Positions 9,840 to 19,357 of a stretch of DNA of 64,000 nt are shown here, piece by piece. Origin of the DNA: Obrimoposthia wandeli (taxonomy: Eukaryota); the NCBI GenBank assembly GCA_977020255.1, contig CDROCS010004666.1, positions 1-64,000 on the forward strand. Direction: 5' to 3'. Under the pieces are notes generated by a model. It saw nothing but the letters and a program-made list of their open reading frames with translations, had not been told where the DNA came from and searched no databases. A program made the position numbers and the translations under genes. Numbering within the stretch: the first letter of the stretch is position 1; every line of letters begins with the position of its first letter.

Positions 9840-12572
9840 ATGCTCACCCATTCAATAGCACAACGGATAATTATTGTATTCAGTTGCTGGCTGGCAATAT
9901 CAAGTGCTCATGCAAACTGGGGCACAGAGGTGACTGCGGATGACACCCATATCAATTTAAGTTCTGCAATCCAATGGGTTGAAGACAGTACTAACCAGTT
10001 AACATTCGAAAAAGTTCGACAGCTTCCTCAAGAAAAATTCAACCATGGTTCTCAATATACATTTAACAAGGGTTACACCTCGTCGGGTTATTGGCTGCGC
10101 TTTCGCTTAAATATTTCCCCAGAACTTATCAATAGCCCCTGGCTACTAGAAATTCCTTTTCCACTATTGGACTATGTTGCTCTGTACTCTCCAGACAAAA
10201 ATGATAATTATTCCGTTATTTATACTGGCGATCGCAGCCCCTTCTCTCAGCGAGATTTAAATACCACCGAATTCGTCTTTAAATTAAAGCCTGAACAAAT
10301 AAACAACGTTTATTACTTACACGTTAAAACCCAAGACAGCCTACAAGTTCCTTTGCACTTATGGAGCACTTATTATTACCCCAAACACACGGCTGTAATG
10401 AGCGGCCTGCAAGGCCTTTTTTTCGGAATCATGACGGTAATGATTCTATACAATTTATTCATCTATTTATCGGTACGCGAACGAAGTTACCTTTATTATA
10501 TTAGCTACATAAGCTGCTCAACTCTTTTTCAGGCGAGCATGCAAGGTTATAGCTTTGAGTACTTCTGGCCCGAAAGTACCTGGTGGGCCAATATTAATAT
10601 CCCCTTTATAAGTGTTACTGCATTAATTTTTGCTTCGCTATTCACTCGTGACATTCTACGAACTAGAAGCTTACTGCCTACACTAGATAAAGCATTAATA
10701 GCCACAACAACCACATTATGCCTCACTCTTCCTATCGTTTTATTTGGCAGCTATAAACTCGCTATTTACAGTACGATAATAATATCCTTTATTTTCTTCA
10801 ACTTGGTTTTTTTTACGGCCTGCACTGCGGCTACTAAAGGAGATCGAACAGCAAAAGTATTTGTAATATCTTGGTCTATATTTTTAATTGGTGGCGCTAT
10901 TAGCATATTGGGTATGCTAGACATCCTGCCTCTAGAGTATGCGAACCTAAGCGCCATTCAAATTGGTTCAGCCATTGAAGTGATTTTATTGTCTTTAGCT
11001 CTCGCCGATCGAATCAATTTAATTGAAAAAGAAAAAGTAGAAATAGAAGCAAGATCTCGTGAAACATTACTGCAAGCCAATATTCAACTAGAAAACAGTA
11101 ATCGCTTAAAAGACGAATTTATTGCCACAATCAGCCATGAAATCCGTACGCCTATGAATGGGGTTTTAGGGTCAGCGCAATTACTTCTGGATACACCCTT
11201 AAATACAGATCAATCGTTATACATCGATACGATTAACAGTTCAGGGAAAACTCTACTAGAGATTCTGAATAACATTCTCGACTATTCGAAAATAGAAGCT
11301 AATAAACTATCGCTAGAACCCATTGAATTTGATCTAGAAGAAATGATTAATGAATGCGCAGAATTCTTCAGTGTTATCGCCAGCCAAAACAACATAAAAC
11401 TTTTTGTCAGAATTCATCAGAATGCTCCAAAAATAATCATCTCCGATCCTGTTCGCTTCAAACAGATTTTGTTAAACCTTATTAGCAATGCATTTAAGTT
11501 TACCTCGCGCGGTCAGATTGTTGTTCATGTACAAATGGCTGAGAACTCTCATGATCAACTTTATATTGAAGTAGAGGATAGTGGTTGCGGGCTAACCTAT
11601 GAACAGCAAAACATGCTATTCCAGCCTTTTGTTCAAGTCGATGCCAGTAGCTCTCGCGAAAAAGGTGGAACTGGACTTGGACTGGCCATTAGTAAAAAGT
11701 TAACTAAATTAATGCAAGGTGACATCGGTGTACATAGCCTGCCCGGGAAAGGCGCTACATTCTGGTTCACCGCATCAATAAAGGTTATTGAAAGAGAAAA
11801 TAACAATCACTTCATTTCTGATAAAAGTGTCTGCGTATTATTATCAAGCCAGTATCAGGACGCGTTAATCAAAGAGCAACTGCAAGATTGGGAAGTTAAA
11901 GTTATCAGCCGACATATGCTGAAATATGATAATGAAATTAACGTCATCAGCGATAACGCCAATTTGCCTGAGTTATTAAACTTAGGCATCCCTACTCAAA
12001 ACATTATTATTATTTCCGACAGCCCACATAAACTCGACGATACCGTTCACATAATAAGTTCACCGATAACTCCGCAAAAGTTACGCCATGCATTACGCTC
12101 TTGTCACTCACTCGTATTAAAACCCTGCTTGCTAAATGAACAAAAAAAGAGAGAAAAGAAAACACCTAATTTCTCTAAACTCCGCGTATTGGCCGTTGAT
12201 GATAATAGCGTGAATCGCATGATCATTAAAAAGATGCTAAGTAAATATAAAGTTGAGGCCGACATAGTTGTTGGGGGGCTGGATGCACTGGAGTTTATTC
12301 GTGAACAGAAAAAACGCTATGACTTAATCTTGATGGATATCGAAATGCCAGTGAAAGATGGCTATCAAACCACTGACGACATTCGCCAATACGAACGTGA
12401 GCAAAATTTAGAGCCGTGTAAAATCGTTGCGGTTAGCGCTCATTCAATGAAAGAATCTCGGGGAAAAGCGCTAATTTCTGGTATGGATGACTTCTTAAGT
12501 AAGCCCATCGACCAAAATATCTTAATCGACATTCTGACGATGACTCAAGCACAATCATCCATTCCAAGCTAA
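9840..12572 (+). CDS. 7TMR-DISM hybrid sensor histidine kinase (LadS/RetS-like architecture)
   Basis: Signal peptide, DISMED2 (YWLRF...LDYV..Y), 7 TM helices, H-box SHEIRTPMNG, N-box NLISNAFKF, G1 DSGCG, G2 GGTGLGL and C-terminal REC DLILMDIEMP. The ORF track starts at 9705; the true start is probably 9831 or 9840. Confidence 0.9.
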   Translation: MLTHSIAQRIIIVFSCWLAISSAHANWGTEVTADDTHINLSSAIQWVEDSTNQLTFEKVRQLPQEKFNHGSQYTFNKGYTSSGYWLRFRLNISPELINSPWLLEIPFPLLDYVALYSPDKNDNYSVIYTGDRSPFSQRDLNTTEFVFKLKPEQINNVYYLHVKTQDSLQVPLHLWSTYYYPKHTAVMSGLQGLFFGIMTVMILYNLFIYLSVRERSYLYYISYISCSTLFQASMQGYSFEYFWPESTWWANINIPFISVTALIFASLFTRDILRTRSLLPTLDKALIATTTTLCLTLPIVLFGSYKLAIYSTIIISFIFFNLVFFTACTAATKGDRTAKVFVISWSIFLIGGAISILGMLDILPLEYANLSAIQIGSAIEVILLSLALADRINLIEKEKVEIEARSRETLLQANIQLENSNRLKDEFIATISHEIRTPMNGVLGSAQLLLDTPLNTDQSLYIDTINSSGKTLLEILNNILDYSKIEANKLSLEPIEFDLEEMINECAEFFSVIASQNNIKLFVRIHQNAPKIIISDPVRFKQILLNLISNAFKFTSRGQIVVHVQMAENSHDQLYIEVEDSGCGLTYEQQNMLFQPFVQVDASSSREKGGTGLGLAISKKLTKLMQGDIGVHSLPGKGATFWFTASIKVIERENNNHFISDKSVCVLLSSQYQDALIKEQLQDWEVKVISRHMLKYDNEINVISDNANLPELLNLGIPTQNIIIISDSPHKLDDTVHIISSPITPQKLRHALRSCHSLVLKPCLLNEQKKREKKTPNFSKLRVLAVDDNSVNRMIIKKMLSKYKVEADIVVGGLDALEFIREQKKRYDLILMDIEMPVKDGYQTTDDIRQYEREQNLEPCKIVAVSAHSMKESRGKALISGMDDFLSKPIDQNILIDILTMTQAQSSIPS

Positions 12573-12616
12573 CGCTATAACTAATCTTATAGCTATTCCG
12601 GTGCTTGCGTCTATAC

Positions 12617-13435
12617 CTATGGGTGACCCGAAACAATCATCGAAGTATTCGATAGATTAACATTATCTAAGCTGAATGAACCAATAGAGGCATCAGCAAT
12701 TGATATCGACCCAATGCCCATATCAAATTCAAGACTCTGAGGGTTAATATGAAGCCCTTCATCATCAGCATGTATATCTATTTTAATTTCAGCCACGATA
12801 TCAGACAATGCAACGCCTTGAACGCCCCAGTCGGCTACGGATTCAAAATACGTAGATGATGCAATAAATGCATTTTCAATTTTCATATTTAAGCCAGATA
12901 TATCAATATCTAAATCCGAAATACCCATTTCAGCTTCGGTCATAATATGCGAGGTAGCGGCATCAATTTTCATACGAAACTTCGTGGCGACACCATTAAT
13001 ATTAATAGAGTCGATAAGCGTTGCAGAAGTTAACGTATCAGCACTGCGTAATTGAATACTGCCCGTTGTGATTCCAAAGTCGATAATCCCACCGACTGCA
13101 GGATCAACCCCACCAGATATCACTAAGTCGCCATCACTTAAAACATCAATTTTTATCAGAGAGCCATCCAACTTATTACCCGAATGAGAACCTGGGCCCC
13201 AGTCTATGCCAAAATACTTTTGCTTATTCGCACCACCAATCACAATATTATTTACTCTAATACTGCCTTCATCTTTATATTCTAAACTGCCAATGGTTGC
13301 ATAAAGATCGGCGTCGATAGTAACACCCGCCTGCCCACTAATATCCCCCAACGCTGTATCATCAATAGGATTAAAATCCGCATGAGATACTGACGTTGCG
13401 GTTAATATACATAAGGTTAAAATTGATTTTTTCAT
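12617..13435 (-). CDS. Secreted DUF6160-family beta-rich protein (putative fimbrial/FilA-like subunit)
   Basis: Signal peptide (SHA|DF) followed by the family-typical start IDDTALGDISGQAGVTID. The remainder is Gly/Asp/Ile-rich beta strands. Confidence 0.7.
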   Translation of the reverse strand: MKKSILTLCILTATSVSHADFNPIDDTALGDISGQAGVTIDADLYATIGSLEYKDEGSIRVNNIVIGGANKQKYFGIDWGPGSHSGNKLDGSLIKIDVLSDGDLVISGGVDPAVGGIIDFGITTGSIQLRSADTLTSATLIDSININGVATKFRMKIDAATSHIMTEAEMGISDLDIDISGLNMKIENAFIASSTYFESVADWGVQGVALSDIVAEIKIDIHADDEGLHINPQSLEFDMGIGSISIADASIGSFSLDNVNLSNTSMIVSGHP

Positions 13436-13529
13436 AAAGCACCGTGATGAGTTTAATTATTTTTTTGCAGTTTAAATAAGCAAAATCATTGGCGCAATAT
13501 TTCTATGGGTTTTGAAAGATAAATCATCT

Positions 13530-13561
13530 TTATCCATTAGAACAGGTGTTCCAATGGATAA
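13530..13561. other. Intergenic hairpin between dyp and the DUF6160 gene
   Basis: TTATCCATT-A-GAAC-AGGT-GTTC-C-AATGGATAA. Confidence 0.55.
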
Positions 13562-13638
13562 GGTTTTAGCACGAGTGTTTTATCAACACCGATGTTGGCA
13601 GGGTTTTGGCAAGCAAGTAGTTCAATAATTTTATTCGA

Positions 13639-14601
13639 TTACTTCATTAACTGAGTTAAATCTTTTTCACTCGGCATAAACCAATAAGACCCGGTTTTGG
13701 CTTTAGAAAACTGCATTAACTTATCACTAATCCCATCATCGCTTAGCCCCAGCATGCGATTAAGCTGAACCGTAAAACGCTGCATTTCACACGCAAACGC
13801 TAAAAAATACAAACCATGATCAGGCTTGATACTTTCATCTTGCGAGCTTGCGGTATTTAACTGACTCGACATATAAGGTGAGCTGCGGCGATAAATTTTC
13901 ATCCCTACACCATCGACCTCAGCATCGGTTCGGCTAACATGTGAATCTTCAGGCATCACATCATCATCTAATTCAATATCGTCTTCTTTGGTACGGCCAA
14001 CAACTTTTTCTTGTTCGGGAATGGGTAAGTGATTGAACTTGGTAAGGTCATGCTGCCAGCGCTGAGAAATCACATAGCTTCCACCCGCACCCAACTCCCC
14101 TTCAGGAATCAAAGCGACCGCTAGGCGCTCATCATCTTTATCATTAGCGGTGCCATCAACAAAGCCAATTAAATCACGAGATTGCTTATTCTTAATGCCT
14201 TCAAGGTCTAACTGAATATCTGCGAGAGACTGCATCCTTTGATAAATTTCGATCACCGCGTATGGTATCAACTCTGCATCAGAACTGTTCAGCCAGACAA
14301 ATATATCCCCTTGAGTACCGGGCATCGACAACCCACTAGGATCTAATGCAGCATCAGAACCCAAGGTACAAAAAGGAACAAGCTGAGCAGGACGCCAGCT
14401 TGGATTTAGTCGATCCCAACAATGTGAACCAAAAGCGATATTCAAATTCAGGCCATCAATGCCAGCCACATACTGGATTACACCTTTTAATGTCGCTTTT
14501 AAATCTTCATCAATTACCGATGGCTTAATACAATACTCTAAAAAACGACCGTGACGGCTGTCTTCTTCAAAGATCCCTTTTTGTGCAATTTCAATGTTCA
14601 A
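13639..14601 (-). CDS. Dyp-type peroxidase
   Basis: GFVDGTAN (GxxDG), proximal His DSHVSR and distal Arg IYRRSSPY. Confidence 0.93.
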   Translation of the reverse strand: MNIEIAQKGIFEEDSRHGRFLEYCIKPSVIDEDLKATLKGVIQYVAGIDGLNLNIAFGSHCWDRLNPSWRPAQLVPFCTLGSDAALDPSGLSMPGTQGDIFVWLNSSDAELIPYAVIEIYQRMQSLADIQLDLEGIKNKQSRDLIGFVDGTANDKDDERLAVALIPEGELGAGGSYVISQRWQHDLTKFNHLPIPEQEKVVGRTKEDDIELDDDVMPEDSHVSRTDAEVDGVGMKIYRRSSPYMSSQLNTASSQDESIKPDHGLYFLAFACEMQRFTVQLNRMLGLSDDGISDKLMQFSKAKTGSYWFMPSEKDLTQLMK

Positions 14602-14625
14602 AATTACCCTAACCTCTTCTAATCG

Positions 14626-15825
14626 TTAACGTTTACCAATACGAACATCAAAACCTGCCGCTTCTAAGGCTTGTTGTAAATCCTGACGCTTACTCGGTAC
14701 TTCTACGCGCATCGTTGGAATATCGCGACGCAAAGGATAATTTTTTCTTAATAGATCAAACTGAGTGCGCATAGCCTGCACTTCACCATTTGTACGCAAT
14801 AAAGACGAGCGCATAATGCCGTCATCAACTCGCACCTCATACACCGCTCGAATCGCCGTACGCAGGGCTTGTCGAACAGGCACGCTGTCACCAAACTTAA
14901 TTTTCTTAATCGACGGTTCAGGTAAATACTGCGCTAATTTATTACGGATAGGCAGACCAAAGGTTTGACAGCACGCTTGATAAACTTGCTCGGTGCCGCG
15001 CATTTTTCCGTCTAACGAATAACCTGCAATGTGAGGTGTCGCTAACATACAGCGATTCATTAATTGCAGATCTAAATTCGGCTCCCCTTCCCACACATCA
15101 ATAATGCTTTCAAAATCAGCATATTTGTCCATGTGAGCCTTTAATGCCACGTTGTCTACCACAGAACCGCGACAGCTATTAATCAAACACGCATTCGGTT
15201 TCATCTGCTGCAAACGCTGCTCGTTCATTAAATGATAGGTTGCATGCTCACCAGCGTCTTCGGCTAACGTTATGGGTATGTGCAAGCTCACGACATCGGC
15301 TTTCAAAGCCTCATCAAGACTTGATAACTCACCGACCTCTTCCGCCTCTTTAAAAGGATCAACCGCAATAACAGTCACCCCCATAGCTTCTAAACGACGG
15401 CGTAAAAGAAAACCGACATTGCCTACACCGATAATAGCGACTGAAATGTCTTGAAATATCTGATCACGTTTATCAATTAAAACGCTGACCGCACTCAATA
15501 CATAGTCCACTACGGCTTGAGCATTACAGCCTGGGGCACTCGAAAAGGCGACTTTTTGCTGATTATTAATACTACGCTGCTGATTCAGTGCATTTAAATA
15601 CGTAAGGTCAATGTGATCTGTGCCGATAGTACAAGTGCCAATAAATTTCACTGGGCTATTAGCGATCAGGGCCTCATTCACCTGCGTTACCGAACGCACT
15701 AAAAGAATATCCGCATCTTTCACATCCTCGCTCGTCATAGTACGACCTGCAACTTTGCGGATCTCACCAAATTCACTAAAGAATTGTTCTAATAAGGGAA
15801 TGTTCTCATCGGCAACGATTTGCAC
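14626..15825 (-). CDS. pdxB: Erythronate-4-phosphate dehydrogenase
   Basis: MQIVADENIP, LLVRSVT, GTCTIGTDH, APGCNA, GxGNVG, DVWEGEP, TPHIAGYS and C-terminal FDLLRKNYPLRR. GTG start with a GAGGA RBS. Confidence 0.95.
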   Translation of the reverse strand: MQIVADENIPLLEQFFSEFGEIRKVAGRTMTSEDVKDADILLVRSVTQVNEALIANSPVKFIGTCTIGTDHIDLTYLNALNQQRSINNQQKVAFSSAPGCNAQAVVDYVLSAVSVLIDKRDQIFQDISVAIIGVGNVGFLLRRRLEAMGVTVIAVDPFKEAEEVGELSSLDEALKADVVSLHIPITLAEDAGEHATYHLMNEQRLQQMKPNACLINSCRGSVVDNVALKAHMDKYADFESIIDVWEGEPNLDLQLMNRCMLATPHIAGYSLDGKMRGTEQVYQACCQTFGLPIRNKLAQYLPEPSIKKIKFGDSVPVRQALRTAIRAVYEVRVDDGIMRSSLLRTNGEVQAMRTQFDLLRKNYPLRRDIPTMRVEVPSKRQDLQQALEAAGFDVRIGKR

Positions 15826-16237
15826 TAGGCTATCCTCAGCATCAGCTGTAATAAAGAGTTTATTAATTAGCGCCCATTCTCACTCAGCTTGAAGTCAGCG
15901 TCCATAGGTAAGAATGGGATATGATCAAAACATGGTCTATTCTGATCAGTCAGCAGTCGCTTATAGAAAAAGAGAGGGTGTTTTTTAATCACATTCACTC
16001 AATGAATAGCGAATATAAGCTAAATAAGCCAAATTTATGGGCAATGTGAGCACGGCTTTCTTAACGCGCCATGCCACATGTTTTATACTAACACTGCTAA
16101 ATTTTCAGGTTGTGCTGATTAACCGCGGCCAACCCCCTCTGTCAGAGTTAATTTGATAGACTAAATGATAAGGCAAAGAACCAATCGTTAAAGCGGTTCT
16201 TTGATATTCATTATTATAACTTGAGTGAGAGATTCCT

Positions 16238-19024
16238 ATGAGCTTGTATTCAGAATACCTAGAAGAAATTGAGGTTCGTAAAAACGACCTTGGCTTGAAC
16301 CCAAAACCTATTGATACGAGCGACTTGTTAGCTGAAATCATTGCTCAGATTAAAGATACTGGCAATGCCGCTCGTGAAGCGTCTTTAAACTTCTTCATCT
16401 ACAATACGATTCCTGGTACTACAAGTGCTGCAGTCGTTAAAGCAGCGTTCTTGAAAGACATCGCTCTTGGTAACGAAACTGTTGCAGAAATCACTCCTGA
16501 GTTCGCTCTTGAGCAGCTTTCTCACATGAAAGGCGGCCCTTCTGTTGAAGCGCTACTAGACATCGCTCTTTCTGACGATGCACAAGCTAAAGCCGCTGGT
16601 GAAGTTCTAAAGTCTCAAGTTTTCTTATACGAAGCAGATACTGCACGTATTGCTGACGCTTTCAAAGCGGGTAACGCAATTGCTAAAGATCTTCTAGAAA
16701 GCTACGCAGCTGCAGAGTTCTTCACAAGCCTTCCTGAAATTCCAGCTAAAATCGACGTAGTTACTTACATCGCAGCTGAAGGTGATATCTCTACTGACCT
16801 TCTTTCTCCGGGTAACCAGTCTCACTCACGTGCTGACCGCGAATTACACGGCCAGTGCATGATCACTCCTGAAGCTCAGCAAGAAATCGTTGCGCTAGGT
16901 AAGAAGCACCCGAACGCTAAAGTGATGCTAATCGCTGAAAAAGGCACAATGGGTGTTGGTTCTTCTCGTATGTCTGGTGTTAACAACGTTGCTCTTTGGG
17001 CAGGTGAAAAGACTTCTCCTTACATCCCATTCATCAACAACGCACCTGTTGTTGCGGGAACTAACGGTATCGCACCAATTTTCTTGACAACTGTTGGTGT
17101 AACTGGCGGTATCGGTCTTGACCTTAAAAACTGGGTTAAGAAAGTAGACGCTAACGGCAACGTAGTTAAAGATGCTAACGGCGACAACGTTCTAGAAGAA
17201 GCTTACTCTGTAGCAACAGGTACCGTTCTTACTATCGATACTGCAGCTAAGAAGCTTTACAACGGTGACAAAGAGCTAGTAGACGTTTCTGATGCGTTCT
17301 CTCCTCAGAAAGTTGAATTCATGAAAGCCGGCGGTTCTTACGCTTTGACTTTCGGTAAGAAGCTACAGACTTTTGCTGCTGAAACATTAGGCATTCAAGC
17401 ACCTTCTGTATTCGCTGCTTCTAAAGAAATCTCTGTTGAAGGCCAAGGCCTTACTGCTGTTGAAAAAATCTTCAACCGTAACGCAGTAGGCGTAGCATCT
17501 TCTACTCCTCTACACACAGGTTCTGACGTTCGCGTTAAAGTGAACATCGTTGGTTCTCAAGATACGACAGGTCCTATGACTTGCCAAGAACTTGAATCAA
17601 TGGCGGCTTCTACTATTTCTCCAAGTGTTGATGGTGCCTTCCAGTCTGGTTGTCACACAGCATCTGTATGGGATAACAAAGCTAAGGCAAACACACCTAA
17701 GCTTATGGCATTCATGAACGACTTCGGCGTAATCACTGCACGTGATCCGAAAGGCGTTTACCACTCAATGACTGACGTAATCCACAAAGTATTGAACGAC
17801 ATCACTATCGATGATCGTGCAATCATCATCGGTGGTGACTCGCATACTCGTATGTCTAAGGGCGTAGCATTCGGTGCTGACTCCGGTACTGTTGCAATCG
17901 CACTAGCGACTGGCGAATGTGCAATGCCAATCCCTGAGTCTGTTAAAGTAACCTTTAAAGGCCAGATGAAAGACCACATCGATTTCCGTGATGTTGTTCA
18001 CTCTACTCAAGCCCAAATGCTTAACAAGTTCGGCGAAAACGTTTTCCAAGGCCGCGTAATCGAAGTTCAAATCGGAACTTTGCTTGCTGACCAAGCGTTT
18101 ACCTTCACTGATTGGACTGCAGAAATGAAAGCTAAGGCTTCTATCTGTATTTCTACTGACGATACTTTGGTTCAATCTCTAGAGCTATCGAAAGCCCGTA
18201 TCCAGATCATGATCAACAAAGGTATGGAAAACGCAGCTGGCATGTTACAAGGTCTTATCGATCTTGCAGACAAGCGTATTGCAGGCATCCAGTCTGGTGA
18301 AGAGCCAGCACTTGCTCCTGATGATACGGCTACGTACTTCGCTGAAATGGTTGTAGATCTAGACTTGATCGACGAGCCAATGATTGCCGATCCAGACGTT
18401 AACAACGAAGACGCTTCTAAGCGTTATACCCACGATGTTATTCGTCAAGCGTCTTTCTACGATGGCCGTAAAGTTGATTTAGGCTTTGTTGGTTCTTGTA
18501 TGGTTCACAAAGGCGATATGCAAATCATCGCGGCTATGCTTCGTAACCTAGAGAAGAACGGTCCTATCACGTTCAACTCTCCTCTAGTTGTAGCGCCACC
18601 TACGTACAACATCGTTGACGAGCTTAAAGCTGAAGGCGATTGGGATGTTCTTTCTAAGTACGCTGGCTTCACTTTTGATGATACTAATCCAAAAGAAGCA
18701 GCCCGTACTAAGTACGAAAACATCATGTACCTAGAACGCCCTGGTTGTAACCTATGCATGGGTAACCAAGAGAAAGCAGAAGCAGGTGATACTGTTCTTG
18801 CGACTTCTACTCGTCTTTTCCAAGGCCGTGTTGTAGAAGACTCTGCTGAGAAGAAAGGCGAATCTCTACTAGGTTCAACTCCAATGGTTGTATTGGCTAG
18901 TATCCTAGGCCGTTTCCCAACGATTGCTGAGTACAAAGAAGCGGTTGATGGTATTAACCTAACAAGCTTCGCGCCACCGTCTGAAGACCTAGCGCGTCCA
19001 GCTATTCCTCTTAAAGCGATCTAA
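16238..19024 (+). CDS. acnB: Aconitate hydratase B / 2-methylisocitrate dehydratase (long 928-aa variant)
   Basis: HEAT-like N-terminus, GSSRMS, GSQDTTG, GGDSHTR and Fe-S cysteines (FVGSC, PGCNLCMGNQ). Strongly biased high-expression codon use. Confidence 0.93.
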   Translation: MSLYSEYLEEIEVRKNDLGLNPKPIDTSDLLAEIIAQIKDTGNAAREASLNFFIYNTIPGTTSAAVVKAAFLKDIALGNETVAEITPEFALEQLSHMKGGPSVEALLDIALSDDAQAKAAGEVLKSQVFLYEADTARIADAFKAGNAIAKDLLESYAAAEFFTSLPEIPAKIDVVTYIAAEGDISTDLLSPGNQSHSRADRELHGQCMITPEAQQEIVALGKKHPNAKVMLIAEKGTMGVGSSRMSGVNNVALWAGEKTSPYIPFINNAPVVAGTNGIAPIFLTTVGVTGGIGLDLKNWVKKVDANGNVVKDANGDNVLEEAYSVATGTVLTIDTAAKKLYNGDKELVDVSDAFSPQKVEFMKAGGSYALTFGKKLQTFAAETLGIQAPSVFAASKEISVEGQGLTAVEKIFNRNAVGVASSTPLHTGSDVRVKVNIVGSQDTTGPMTCQELESMAASTISPSVDGAFQSGCHTASVWDNKAKANTPKLMAFMNDFGVITARDPKGVYHSMTDVIHKVLNDITIDDRAIIIGGDSHTRMSKGVAFGADSGTVAIALATGECAMPIPESVKVTFKGQMKDHIDFRDVVHSTQAQMLNKFGENVFQGRVIEVQIGTLLADQAFTFTDWTAEMKAKASICISTDDTLVQSLELSKARIQIMINKGMENAAGMLQGLIDLADKRIAGIQSGEEPALAPDDTATYFAEMVVDLDLIDEPMIADPDVNNEDASKRYTHDVIRQASFYDGRKVDLGFVGSCMVHKGDMQIIAAMLRNLEKNGPITFNSPLVVAPPTYNIVDELKAEGDWDVLSKYAGFTFDDTNPKEAARTKYENIMYLERPGCNLCMGNQEKAEAGDTVLATSTRLFQGRVVEDSAEKKGESLLGSTPMVVLASILGRFPTIAEYKEAVDGINLTSFAPPSEDLARPAIPLKAI

Positions 19025-19260
19025 CTTTTAGTTAAATACAGACAAGATGCGCCTACCTTCTCTCACTTGAATTAAGTGAAGTATGAGCTAGGCTCTTTCT
19101 TAAGAGCAAAATGAGTGACTAGAATAAAAGATTAGAAAGACGCACAAAAGATGGATGACGAAGAGTGGATTTATTAAGGCTAAGCTTAGCCTGATATGTA
19201 GCTCTCCGATTTGATCGGCTTCTACTGACTGAGATTGAAAATTTAGATTACTGATTGCTT

Positions 19261-19326
19261 AAAAAAACCGCTTCCCTTGATTCTGAAGACGAAAGTCTAA
19301 CGATGAAAAGGGAGAGCGGTTTTTTT
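19261..19326. terminator. Bidirectional intrinsic terminator with an unusually long inner arm
   Basis: A7-CCGCT-TCCCTT ... AAGGGA-G-AGCGG-T7, with an inner AGAC-GAAA-GTCT tetraloop hairpin. It lies between convergent acnB and YHYH genes. Confidence 0.8.
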
Positions 19327-19357
19327 ATGTCTATTACCTGCTTCTCTACTCCTCAAG

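Noticed and set aside
13595-13612. Sigma54-like GG-N10-GC motif (TTGGCAGGGTTTTGGC)
   Set aside because: It points antisense into the 3' end of dyp, not toward a gene start, and the -12 element is non-consensus.
13436-13638. c-di-GMP (GEMM) riboswitch upstream of the DUF6160 gene
   Set aside because: It lacks the conserved GEMM core motifs. Only generic hairpins are present.
13639-13700. Encapsulin cargo-loading peptide on DyP
   Set aside because: The C-terminus (SEKDLTQLMK) lacks the LxIGSL-type motif and no encapsulin gene is nearby.
19140-19175. GGA motifs suggesting a CsrB/RsmZ-type sRNA
   Set aside because: Only two GGA motifs are present, and they are not in hairpin loops.
19283-19308. 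CTGAAGA...GAAA resembling a hammerhead ribozyme core
   Set aside because: No stem II can form between CUGAAGA and either GAAA. The bases are explained by the terminator's inner hairpin.
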